Part shown: piece by piece, positions 1 through 9,275 of the stretch
Layout of the letters: the number at the start of each line of letters is the position of its first letter
Position numbering within the stretch: position 1 is the stretch's first letter
DNA from: Candidatus Hermodarchaeota archaeon
Lineage (GTDB): Archaea > Asgardarchaeota > Heimdallarchaeia > Hodarchaeales > Hodarchaeaceae
NCBI GenBank assembly: GCA_048886185.1
Contig: JBHLKY010000015.1
Location: 60,001 to 92,000 of the forward strand
Reading direction: 5' to 3'
Length of the DNA stretch: 32,000 nucleotides
The notes under the pieces: model-generated
Databases searched by the model: none
The model's input: the letters and a program-made list of their open reading frames with translations, nothing else
What the model was told of the DNA's origin: nothing
Program-made: the position numbers and the translations under genes

Positions 1-67
1 TATGAGTGTGAAAATCAACAAGAGGAAGATGAAATGGTGAACCCTGTTCGTCTAAAACAACAATCAT
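1..67 (-). CDS. 5' fragment of a probable metal-dependent hydrolase (amidohydrolase/PHP-type), runs off the window
   Basis: ATG at 67-65 opens a frame to the window edge reading MIVVLDEQGSPFHLPLVDFHTH. D-x-H-x-H is the N-terminal metal-binding motif of amidohydrolase/PHP families. Only 22 codons are visible, and a + frame is also open to position 102. Confidence 0.4.
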   Translation of the reverse strand, partial: MIVVLDEQGSPFHLPLVDFHTH

Positions 68-227
68 GTTGTATCACAGCCTGCTTTACATCATCCAAAT
101 AGAATTAGGACAGCAATAGTCAATTAACCGATAATTAATTAAATTTATCGAAGTTATAAACTTAAGAATTTATTGTCATTTAGATTAAAACTATTCCTAG
201 GATAAATAGTGATGATTTCTATTTTGA

Positions 228-1184
228 TTAAGTTATTCTATACAAATTCTTAAAAAAGAGACGTGCTTGACGTATCAATACAACCCACGGATGTTCTTCT
301 GTATTGACATTTTTTGTTAAAAATGATTGGAAAATGGACTGATCGATTGATAACTGTTTAATCATTAAGGCTATAACAGGTAGAATAAATACTCCCAAAG
401 ATGACAATCGATAGAATTGCGTTTTATCTAGTTGTTCAACTAAAATAAGAGGACTTAATTTATTAAGATTACTGGTTATTGAACTTTCGAAATGACTGGC
501 TATATCATCTTTTGAAATACCAATATTTAGATTTAGGTGATCCCAAAGTATTTCTTCTAAAATTTTGAACGTGTCAATACCCCCCTTACCACTAAAGGTT
601 TTATTGATGTCGAGATCCAGCGGTTTACTCATCCTGATTGTTTTTGGTTCTTTTCCACTTTTTAAAGATGTCCAGAATTTTTCTGTTATTTTATTACTTT
701 CGATCAGTGAATTGTTCAAGAATCTGACAAGGTTATCCTCACGATCACCAGAAATATATCCCACAAACATCAACTTATCCCACTCTACCCCATGCATTGG
801 ATCTTTTATAATGTACATTATGAGAATATATAATAAGGCAATAAGACCCAAATGACTAATGGAATGGAACGAAACTTTAGTTGAACTGATCATTTTAACG
901 CTTTCACGTTCAAGAATGTTGACATTGATTAAATAAGTTATCAATCTACGAACTTTTGCGGGAGTTGCTTCTGTTTCTTTTCCTAAAAGTGCTGAGAAGA
1001 TATCTGTTATTCCTTGAACTGTATTCTGGTCAGCTCTTTGGCCTAGATATACGGCTATCAAACAGAGGGCTCGGTCATAGTTCTCTAAAACTGCAAGGGT
1101 CTCGACAAGCTTTGAAAAGGGATCTTCTTCGGACGTCATAACATCTGATCCATATATTTCCTGGAATTTTATTGTCCTTCCCAA
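228..1184 (-). CDS. hypothetical protein with two winged-helix-like halves, each followed by a hydrophobic helix
   Basis: 318-aa ORF overlapping the GTPase stop by 16 nt. Two similar segments: ATPAKVRRLITYLINVNILER...FHSISHLGLIALLYILIMYII and SITSNLNKLSPLILVEQ...FYRLSSLGVFILPVIALMI. These resemble a recognition helix plus a Y-x-L-[ST]-x-x-G wing. Confidence 0.6.
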   Translation of the reverse strand: MGRTIKFQEIYGSDVMTSEEDPFSKLVETLAVLENYDRALCLIAVYLGQRADQNTVQGITDIFSALLGKETEATPAKVRRLITYLINVNILERESVKMISSTKVSFHSISHLGLIALLYILIMYIIKDPMHGVEWDKLMFVGYISGDREDNLVRFLNNSLIESNKITEKFWTSLKSGKEPKTIRMSKPLDLDINKTFSGKGGIDTFKILEEILWDHLNLNIGISKDDIASHFESSITSNLNKLSPLILVEQLDKTQFYRLSSLGVFILPVIALMIKQLSIDQSIFQSFLTKNVNTEEHPWVVLIRQARLFFKNLYRIT

Positions 1185-1795
1185 ACATCAAACGCTGAAG
1201 CATCACGATCAAAATCACATAGACTTAAGATACCATTCAAACAATTTTCTTGGTATTCTTTGAATTCTTCTCCTGTTGATCGTAATGCTACAGTAGGGAA
1301 TATGGCTTTTATCAATTTCCTCTGTTCATCAATGAAGAAGGACTTTACTTCTTCCTCATATTCTTTAAGATTCTTTGCAGCTAAATCATATTTATTTAGA
1401 TATATTACAACTGCTTTTGTAGGTATTTCAAATGTTCGGTAAAATTCGAGCTGAGATTGAAGAGGTTCACTTAAGTCGAACATACAAAGGAATCGGTTAG
1501 CGTTTCGCAAGACGTAAACACGGTAATAATCAGTTATCGGTGTTTGATGTCCTCCTGTGCCATAAAGGACGTGAATGAAGCCTTTTGAAGTGAAACGGAT
1601 AAAATCAACAGTTTGTGTTGTATACATTTCTGGTCCTCCAGGAGCGCCTGCGATGATCTTTTCATCAGAACTAGCTAAAGAATTCATAAAAGAAACGAAG
1701 ACAGATGTTTTTCCGCAATTCATTGTACCTAAAATACCGATGTTGACCAATGTTCGACCTATCCTTATGGGATTTCTGTTCAGAAGTAAATCCAT
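1169..1795 (-). CDS. small P-loop GTPase, MglA/CvnD-like
   Basis: G1 GTMNCGKTS; G2 region YTTQTVDF (like TTTVAMDF); G3 region LYGTGGH (like LFGTPGQ, no canonical Asp); G4 NKYD; G5-like FPTVAL. Confidence 0.85.
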   Translation of the reverse strand: MDLLLNRNPIRIGRTLVNIGILGTMNCGKTSVFVSFMNSLASSDEKIIAGAPGGPEMYTTQTVDFIRFTSKGFIHVLYGTGGHQTPITDYYRVYVLRNANRFLCMFDLSEPLQSQLEFYRTFEIPTKAVVIYLNKYDLAAKNLKEYEEEVKSFFIDEQRKLIKAIFPTVALRSTGEEFKEYQENCLNGILSLCDFDRDASAFDVWEGQ

Positions 1796-2014
1796 TGAAT
1801 TAGTTAATAATAGTATCTAGTAAGCTTTAGAAATTAGAGTTTTTTCAATTATTTTCGCATTAATTAAAAGCAATTTTTTAATATATCATATGATCAATAA
1901 AGCCATGTTGATAAAGTTTATTTAATTACTTACTTTGTGGTTTTTCGGATTACTGACTACTAAATCTGATTAATTATTATTTAATATTTCCAATGTGGTA
2001 AATGGTGCTGATAT

Positions 2015-5000
2015 ATGTCAGATCCAGAATTCTATCTAGGAAGAATAGGGGAGGAGCAGTTTAAAATACCAAGTACTACCTTTTTAACCCATGCAGCTAT
2101 TCTTGGGGCAAGTGGTTCCGGGAAAACTGTAGTATGTAAATCAATTGTTGAGGAAGCTATTCGTGCGGACATTCCCATTATTGCTATTGATCCAAAAGGA
2201 GATATTGGTGCGCTAGGTATAGGACTTGGTGAATTTACCAAGGATAAGCTTTTAATTCATGCTGAAGTAGAGGCTGAAGATCGTGGCGGTGGAGATCCAG
2301 GGCAAATAGCTGAGGATTGGATTGAACTTTATCAAGATAAGCTAGAAGACTCATTCGGAGACGAATATGCTGCCATCGAGAAAGATTTCTCTGATAAAGT
2401 AGCTGTCATTCTTATTACTCCTAAAAATTCCGCTGGAGTCCAAATATCCTTAACTCCCAGCTTTGAGAAACCCCCTAACTATGAAGAGTTAATGACTGAA
2501 TCTCCTGATGCTCTACTAAGCAGCCTAGATTTGAAAATTCAATTATTACTCTCTCGCTGTGGTATTAGTACGAGTTCTTCAACTGATAATAGAGTGATTT
2601 TTCTAAGTAATTTAATCAGAAATTACTGGGAAGAAGGAAAACAGAAGCATGTATCATTAGATCAACTGATTGACGGGATTCAAGATGCTCCCTTTGAAAA
2701 AGTTGGTTCTTTAGAAGTAGATAAGTTTATTTCTAAAACAAAACGATCCGAACTGGCTAGGAACATCAATGCCCTTATGGTACGAGCAGTACCAGGAGTA
2801 GACCTAGACTTCGATAAAATGATAGAATTAGCTAAGAAAAAACAAAAAACACCGATAATTGTATTTGATCTACGTAAGATTACAGATACAGATGAAAAGA
2901 ATAATTTTGTTGCTGAAATATTAGGAGAAGTGCAAAGATGGGTATGGTCGAAAGGAGGTACGAGTCGTTTACGGGCAATACTCTACTTTGACGAGCTCTA
3001 TGGCTTTATGCCAGCTGGTGCGTTGAGTCCACCTTCCAAAACTGCATTATTGATAATTCTGAAACAAGCACGAGCAGCAGGTCTAGGTTGTGTTTTAGCT
3101 ACTCAAAATCCAGGAGATCTTGACTATCGTGGTCTTTCAAATATTGCAACTTGGGTTTTAGGAAGATTAGCTACAAATCAGGATATCGCTAAGGTCGAGG
3201 GGGCCTTAAAACCAGTTTTTGAAGGAGCAGGAGGAACATCTGAAGAATTTACAAAATTAATGAGCCAAATTAGAGCTCTAAAACCAGGGAATTTCGTTGC
3301 GTATAATCCGAAATATGGTGTAAATAGACTAAAAACCCGTTGGTTATTAAGTCTGCATAAGGGGCCTTTAACAGATAACGAAATTAAAGTATTGACTCTC
3401 AGACCACCAAAGCCAAAGAAGAAATCGCAACCAAGAAAAGAAATAGCTACCGCTGAGGCTATAGAAGAAGCACCCGAAATAGATTTTGAATTTAGTAAGA
3501 AGAAACCAGCAACAGGAAAGATAACAGAGCGCTTTCTTATCCCTAAAATCCCCTTAAAGGGAAAACAAAGGGATAACGTCATTTACAGCCGATTGAGTAT
3601 AAGTGGTAATCCAGAAATTGATGGTTTCTCGACTTTATCTGGAAAAACAACAAATTTTTATTCCCCTCTTTATTATTCAACAACCCTGATTAATATTAAA
3701 CGAACAATTAAAGAGGGGTCTCTCGATTTTCCTGTAGCTATCACAGAGGAAATGACCCGATCATTTGATTTAAGTAAAAAGATTGAATGGAATGCTACTA
3801 CAATTGAAGGAGTTCATGCCTCGTCATTACCCCCAACTGACCTGCAAATACAACCTATAGATGGCATAGAGTTTTACAACCTTGATAAAGAGATAATCAG
3901 TAAATTACCTGACAATATTGTATGGTATTTTACTCAGAATCCCTTCAAGGAAGCAGAGGTGATATATCATCAAAAATTACGCGAATTTGAAAAGGAGGAA
4001 GTGGAAAAACTTGCTGGGCGGAAGGTTAGGGCTGAGTTATCAAAGCTTTCGACACAAATAGGCCGCCTTGAAGAAAGAATGGAAAATGAGAATCGAAAAG
4101 TCGATGAGACGATTATAAGGTTAGAAACCCTCCAAGCAGAAAAACGGGCTCGTGATGCTGAAGGAAAATCAAGTAAAGCCACTGAACGTTCAATTGAGTC
4201 AAGTGAGAATAAGCTAGCAAAGCACGAAGAAAAGATACGAGAACTTCGTGATCAAATTAAAGAAGCTGAGAGTCAACGACAAGATTTAATGAAAGAACAA
4301 CAGGCTGCTTATGAAGAATTTCATAATGCCATTGCTAGGTTGAAATCGAAAGGAGTTCCTCAAGATTTTCTTCGTCCAGGTAAGGCTGACGTTTCCATCT
4401 CTGAAAAAGCTATTTACTGGATTCCCAGATTACTTGTACCCATTACACTAAGTAATACTATTAAGGAAGGAGGCTTCGAAAAACAGCTTTTAATCAACTT
4501 AAACTTATATAATGGGAATGCAGATATTACCTGTGATGGCTGCGGTCCACAGGTTAGTACTGAAAATTATTATCAGTCTTTGTTAGAATCAGAAATTTCT
4601 CCGCCAACGTTTATTTGCCTAGAATGCTTGAAAACCTTCTGTAGCGAACATATTACATTCTGCTCTGATTGTGGAAAGAAAGCTTGTATCGACCATTCAC
4701 AAGAATGCACAATCTGTAATAAACCACTGTGCACTGCTTGTGGTGTTGTTGACGAATCAACAGGGGGAGTGCTTTGCAGCGATCATTCATGGAAGTGTTT
4801 TGTGTGCAAGAAAGGATTTAGTGAGGAAGTTCCATATAAAATGGGCAGAACAGAACAAAAACCTGTGTGTGAGGAGTGTAAAGACGATCATCTATTCACA
4901 TGTCCTGAATGTGGAGAGATTGAATCTCGTACAGTAGCTAAAATCTGTGATGGATGTAATAAAGCATATTGCCCAGAACATATGTCGGTCTGCAAAAAAT

Positions 5001-5089
5001 GCGAAGCTGAAGTGTGTAACGAATGTGGAAGGGTTAAAGTTAAAATAAAAAACGAGGAAGTTGTGGCTCGCTGTGTAAATTGTTCATAA
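2015..5089 (+). CDS. HerA/FtsK-superfamily (DUF87/DUF853-like) ATPase with coiled coil and C-terminal Cys-rich zinc-finger array
   Basis: Walker A GASGSGKT (2105-2128) and IDPKGD; Walker B LYFDELYG (~2980); KQARAAGLG and LATQNPGDLDY motifs; heptad-rich region ~3970-4340; 12 CxxC and 4 CxxH motifs at ~4530-5086. Confidence 0.85.
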   Translation: MSDPEFYLGRIGEEQFKIPSTTFLTHAAILGASGSGKTVVCKSIVEEAIRADIPIIAIDPKGDIGALGIGLGEFTKDKLLIHAEVEAEDRGGGDPGQIAEDWIELYQDKLEDSFGDEYAAIEKDFSDKVAVILITPKNSAGVQISLTPSFEKPPNYEELMTESPDALLSSLDLKIQLLLSRCGISTSSSTDNRVIFLSNLIRNYWEEGKQKHVSLDQLIDGIQDAPFEKVGSLEVDKFISKTKRSELARNINALMVRAVPGVDLDFDKMIELAKKKQKTPIIVFDLRKITDTDEKNNFVAEILGEVQRWVWSKGGTSRLRAILYFDELYGFMPAGALSPPSKTALLIILKQARAAGLGCVLATQNPGDLDYRGLSNIATWVLGRLATNQDIAKVEGALKPVFEGAGGTSEEFTKLMSQIRALKPGNFVAYNPKYGVNRLKTRWLLSLHKGPLTDNEIKVLTLRPPKPKKKSQPRKEIATAEAIEEAPEIDFEFSKKKPATGKITERFLIPKIPLKGKQRDNVIYSRLSISGNPEIDGFSTLSGKTTNFYSPLYYSTTLINIKRTIKEGSLDFPVAITEEMTRSFDLSKKIEWNATTIEGVHASSLPPTDLQIQPIDGIEFYNLDKEIISKLPDNIVWYFTQNPFKEAEVIYHQKLREFEKEEVEKLAGRKVRAELSKLSTQIGRLEERMENENRKVDETIIRLETLQAEKRARDAEGKSSKATERSIESSENKLAKHEEKIRELRDQIKEAESQRQDLMKEQQAAYEEFHNAIARLKSKGVPQDFLRPGKADVSISEKAIYWIPRLLVPITLSNTIKEGGFEKQLLINLNLYNGNADITCDGCGPQVSTENYYQSLLESEISPPTFICLECLKTFCSEHITFCSDCGKKACIDHSQECTICNKPLCTACGVVDESTGGVLCSDHSWKCFVCKKGFSEEVPYKMGRTEQKPVCEECKDDHLFTCPECGEIESRTVAKICDGCNKAYCPEHMSVCKKCEAEVCNECGRVKVKIKNEEVVARCVNCS

Positions 5090-5103
5090 CTAGAAAGAAT
5101 TGA

Positions 5104-6033
5104 GTGTACAAATCTTTGAAAAAATACTTGAATATTGGTAGAGAGCTTCTAATCTTATCTCGACCAGAATGGGGTTTCATTTTCGCAGGTGTTGCCTATA
5201 TGTTAAGCCTTCTCTATTTACTACCCTTAATGTCTATAGTTGTTACATGGTGTAGCACATATGCTTTTGTCTGTGGTCATTTCAGTCTTAATGGCTTTTT
5301 TGACAAAGATTCTGATATCAATAATCCCCGTAGTTTTTCTCTACGAAATCCCTTAACAGCTTCAGATTTATTATCTTCACGCATTATTTATCTATGGGTA
5401 GGTTTTTTATGGTTTTCAGTAATTCCCCTTAATATTTTCTTCGTACCAAATGCCCTTACTTATCCAAAATTTGTTCTTGCTTTCATAGCATATTTTTTAG
5501 CGGTAGGAGGATCCATTACGTATTCTGTACCTCCTTTCAGGTTAAAAGCGAGGCCCTTTCTTGATTTAATTATAACTCTACTAATAATTGGATTTCTTAT
5601 TCCTTTCTATATTGGATTACTCGGAACTAATACCCTTGTCGATATTAAATTAATTTTTTATGGGATTTTTCTCTGCATTTTGCTAGTAGCAGGAATTCAT
5701 TTACCTACTATTTTAACAGATCTAGATACAGATCAGAATAATGGAGAAGTGACTACAGCTGTACTCTTAGGGTGGAGAAAAGCTTCTTACCTGACTTCTA
5801 TAGTCATACTTATTAGGGTTGTTGGTTTTGCACTAGTTAATTTGGTTCTAATGAATGAGGGTTTACTTAATCCAAGTTTTTTACCATTCTTACTTGGGAT
5901 TGTTGAACTAATACTTGGTACTAATTTAGCATGGAGAAAAAATCGGGATGCGGCTCTACTTCTATGGAAGGGTGTGATCCTCACTAGTATCATAGGAGGA
6001 ATTCTTTTCGGTTTTTTGTATACTCCTATATAA
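5104..6033 (+). CDS. UbiA-family prenyltransferase
   Basis: Polytopic 309-aa protein with Asp-rich motifs NGFFDKDSD and DLDTDQNNGEVT. GTG start 14 nt after the ATPase stop. Confidence 0.88.
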   Translation: MYKSLKKYLNIGRELLILSRPEWGFIFAGVAYMLSLLYLLPLMSIVVTWCSTYAFVCGHFSLNGFFDKDSDINNPRSFSLRNPLTASDLLSSRIIYLWVGFLWFSVIPLNIFFVPNALTYPKFVLAFIAYFLAVGGSITYSVPPFRLKARPFLDLIITLLIIGFLIPFYIGLLGTNTLVDIKLIFYGIFLCILLVAGIHLPTILTDLDTDQNNGEVTTAVLLGWRKASYLTSIVILIRVVGFALVNLVLMNEGLLNPSFLPFLLGIVELILGTNLAWRKNRDAALLLWKGVILTSIIGGILFGFLYTPI

Positions 6034-6068
6034 CTAAACAGGCGAACTCAATGATCCATAGAGCCTAT

Positions 6069-6365
6069 TTATTTTAAATCACTGATTAAATCAAGAAAAT
6101 CAGAATATGGAATAGCTGTCCAACTTTCTGCAAAAGCAGCTCCAGCAGCTCGCGAAAGCAAAGATACTTTCGCTGCTTCAATTTCATCCGCAGCTTCAAA
6201 AATGTCCAAAAAATCATAGGGCCCTAATATTGCATAGTGAGAGATCCATTTAACATTTGGAACTTTTTCTTTAACTAATTCAAGCCATTTTCTGCCTTGT
6301 TCTTTCCGCTTCGCTAGATCTTCTTGATCAAAATCGATTCTTGTGACGAGTACATAAAGTGGCAT
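6069..6365 (-). CDS. GYD domain protein
   Basis: 98 aa, MPLYVLV start, LGPYDFLDIFEA signature, ferredoxin-like pattern. Confidence 0.85.
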   Translation of the reverse strand: MPLYVLVTRIDFDQEDLAKRKEQGRKWLELVKEKVPNVKWISHYAILGPYDFLDIFEAADEIEAAKVSLLSRAAGAAFAESWTAIPYSDFLDLISDLK

Positions 6366-6471
6366 GAACTAAGAATACTCAAAATACTATAAAAATGTTC
6401 TCTACATGAAAGAGTAGGTTTATTTTATTTAAAACCAAACATATTAAAAAATCGCATACTTCGGGTGATTT

Positions 6472-6948
6472 ATGAACCTAAGTAAATTAACAGAAAGTAA
6501 AACGAGTTTATTTGTTGGAGGATTGATTGTTAGTCTATTAGGAGGAATTTTCTTATTAATAGACGATTTTGCTGGATGGTACTGGTATGTGTGGGGAGAA
6601 GGTTATGGTTGGGGTTGGATTGGATTCCCCTCAGTTTTGGAAAACCTACCAGAATCGCTTATAATTATGCCGCTTTTTCTTGTGGCTGCGGGTGGATTAT
6701 TCTATTGTTCAATAATTTCTGTTCTTGGACTTATCAACAAAGAAAATCCTCCCATGAGGAATTTTTTTCTGATTGGACTTATTTTATCAGTAGCTACCTT
6801 TGTGATTTGTTTAATCGGCGGATTAGTTGTTGCAATCGAGATGATATTTGAAGATTTAGAATTCTGGTATGGTGGTGCATTTTGGGGTGGAGTAATAGGT
6901 GGCGCGCTATCAGCACTTTTTATGTATTTGATATGGCGAGATTACTAA
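6472..6948 (+). CDS. hypothetical membrane protein (~4 TM helices, Trp/Gly-rich loop)
   Basis: 158 aa, four hydrophobic stretches. SD-like GGTGA at 6464-6468. Confidence 0.7.
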   Translation: MNLSKLTESKTSLFVGGLIVSLLGGIFLLIDDFAGWYWYVWGEGYGWGWIGFPSVLENLPESLIIMPLFLVAAGGLFYCSIISVLGLINKENPPMRNFFLIGLILSVATFVICLIGGLVVAIEMIFEDLEFWYGGAFWGGVIGGALSALFMYLIWRDY

Positions 6949-7015
6949 TATTTTACTGCACATTTTCCTTGCCTCATTTCTTCAGGATTAAAAATAAAAT
7001 GAAGATGCTTGGACC

Positions 7016-8302
7016 ATGTCGCCTGTAAATAAAATTATAGGTTCCTTAAAACAAGAAGAATTAGTTCAAATATATGCTGATTATGTATCGAAACATAAAG
7101 CGGCCTTTTTCGAGAGTCTCGGCCTTGGATTAATCCAAGGTGAAAGAAAAGGGATAAAAATAAAGATGTTGGAGGGAATTGAAGAAGGAGAATCTCCTTT
7201 GGAGCTGATTGATTGTCACACTAGTGGAGGAGTTTTTAATCTTGGACATCATCATCCAGCAATCAATAAAGCCCTCAACGAAGGTTTAGAGGCGGGTCTT
7301 GACATAGGGAATCATCATCTTCTTAGCGAACAGCGCGCTTTGCTAGCCAAACAGTTAGCTAATCTTCTTCCAGGAGATATTACTAAAACAATGTTCTCAG
7401 TTGGCGGAGGTGAGGCAATTGATTTAGCGATTAAACTCTCACGAGCTTTTACCAAAAGAAGAAAGGTTATTTCTGCAAATAGAGCTTATCATGGAGTCAC
7501 TGGGTTTTCTCTTGCTACTTGCGCGGCTAGTTTCAAAGATCCTTTTCTTTGGAATTTACCCGACTTTAAACAGGTTCCCTTTGCGGATATCATTAGTCTC
7601 AAAAAAATTATAGATGAAGAAACAGCCTGTATAATTTTTGAAACAATCCCTGCCACAGGAGGCATTCTTATCCCTCCAGAAGGGTACTTTGCAGAGGTTA
7701 GAGAGCTATGTGACGATTTGGGAACAGTACTAATTGCTGATGAAGTCCAAACTGGACTAGGACGAACAGGCCAAATGTGGGGGATTTATGGAGGATTGTA
7801 TCCAACTGAAAAAATCGTTCCTGATATGATCGTCCTAGCAAAAGGGATGAGTTCAGGTATCTATCCACTCTCAACTACCAGCTATAAACCTAAATTTGAA
7901 GAAGTTTTTGAAGATGACCCTTTTTTGCACATCTCCACGACTGGGGGTTCAGAATTAGGTTGTTATGTTACAAGAAAGATGTTAGACATAATATCTCAAC
8001 CTATCTTTCTGGAACAGGTGCAAAATAGAGGAAAACAATTTCGTAATGGGTTGACAGAACTTCAAGAGAAACATTCCAATAAAATTGTGGATGTACGAGG
8101 ACGTGGATTAATATGGGGCGTTGAATTTAAAGATGAATTTACATCATTACACTTCACTCTTACTATGATCAAAAATGGTGTTTGGTGTGATTATTGCGGT
8201 AATTATAAGGTCACCAACAAATTTTTACCACCATTAATCATTGGAACTAAGGATATAGATGAAGTTCTGAATCGGATAGAAGTTTCCTTGGAAGAAATCT
8301 GA
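7016..8302 (+). CDS. class III PLP-dependent aminotransferase (putrescine/ornithine-AT-like)
   Basis: LGHHHP, GGGEA, AYHG, DEVQTGLGRTG and the PLP-lysine motif LAKGMSSG. Confidence 0.92.
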   Translation: MSPVNKIIGSLKQEELVQIYADYVSKHKAAFFESLGLGLIQGERKGIKIKMLEGIEEGESPLELIDCHTSGGVFNLGHHHPAINKALNEGLEAGLDIGNHHLLSEQRALLAKQLANLLPGDITKTMFSVGGGEAIDLAIKLSRAFTKRRKVISANRAYHGVTGFSLATCAASFKDPFLWNLPDFKQVPFADIISLKKIIDEETACIIFETIPATGGILIPPEGYFAEVRELCDDLGTVLIADEVQTGLGRTGQMWGIYGGLYPTEKIVPDMIVLAKGMSSGIYPLSTTSYKPKFEEVFEDDPFLHISTTGGSELGCYVTRKMLDIISQPIFLEQVQNRGKQFRNGLTELQEKHSNKIVDVRGRGLIWGVEFKDEFTSLHFTLTMIKNGVWCDYCGNYKVTNKFLPPLIIGTKDIDEVLNRIEVSLEEI

Positions 8303-9002
8303 ATTAGAAGAAAAATGAAGACTAAAGGGAGATAGAACAATCAAATAAATAGAATAAAATAGTAATCTCAGTTATCTTTAGTTTTTGGCCGATCTACATA
8401 ATGTTTATGGAATGATTTTTTGTAAATAATTCTTGTATGAATCAGTTTCTGGAAAATTGGGCCTCTATGGACATTATGTATTATTTACTTCTTCTCAAAT
8501 TTCTATTATTCCACTCAATGTTGAAAATAGCACATTCCACGTTTGTATTAGTGCGATCAGTATTATTTTATGACTTAGATCTCGTCCTATTTGAGATTTT
8601 GAAAGCTTATGGTACTCTTTCCTGTCCTAAACTGTCCTCTTTACCAGTATTCCATTTAGCACAAATTTTTGATAGTTCTGCTTGATTCACTCTAAAAGTG
8701 TTAAATGCTTAATATCCAAAGAGGAAAAGCTCCATAATACACCACTTTAGCATTTTTAACACAGTAAAGTGATTTATCAAGTTAATTTTATATGGAGAAA
8801 AATCATATTAATTTGAACTATAGTAAACTTGCTCAAAAATGTTAACAAGTTTTATCCACACGATTCTAATCTGGTTAACACTCTTGTTGGTTTCATGTTT
8901 TACTTGGATGAACATTTCTAAAATAAATTATATATGATATTTGATTCATTCATTTTTTGTATTACCGATCTTAGAATGAAGTTAAAAAAAACCGACATAA
9001 CC

Positions 9003-9010
9003 TTTAAATA
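9003..9010 (+). promoter_or_regulatory. TATA-like box conserved in both copies of the inverted duplication
   Basis: TTTAAATA at 9003-9010 (+) and at 15357-15350 (-), in homologous context and 156-171 nt upstream of the shared CTGAATTCCCGATT core. Confidence 0.45.
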
Positions 9011-9125
9011 ATTGTAAATTTCAAGATAATGCACTCACACAAACAATTCTCAAATAAGATGAGGGATCTTAAATTCAATCCTCTTTCTGAAAAATAGCAT
9101 AAGAAAAATTCGAGATACCTTATGG

Positions 9126-9237
9126 TTAAACTCTATGAAGAGGGGTAGCGACCATAACATACCCCTCAACCCTAAATACACTGAATTCCCGATTATGGTC
9201 GCTTATTCTCTATAGGAACACCCTATTAGACTGAACC
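9126..9237 (+). ncRNA. candidate structured RNA/element, copy 1
   Basis: Perfect 11-bp stem AGCGACCATAA (9147-9157)/TTATGGTCGCT (9193-9203), a competing stem GAGGGGTA/TACCCCTC, an outer TCTATG/TATAGG stem, and covariation versus copy 2. Confidence 0.55.
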
Positions 9238-9275
9238 GTACCTTATTTAAACAGAATTTAGTGAATTTGTTAGAA

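Noticed and set aside
8437-8685. 82-aa ORF
   Set aside because: No motif, no SD-like site, and it lies in AT-rich, probably decayed intergenic DNA.
9126-9237. HDV-like ribozyme: TTCCCGA resembles an L3 loop and the 11-bp stem could be P1
   Set aside because: P3 is incomplete in copies 1 and 2, no G follows P1 for P1.1, and no P2 partner follows a CTAA/CGAA-like J4/2. The same lack of P2 applies at 16213-16250.
9228-9242. Group II intron domain V-like GTACGGTTC on the minus strand
   Set aside because: The AGC/CGC triad and GNRA-capped 5' half are absent, and copy 2 does not keep the motif.
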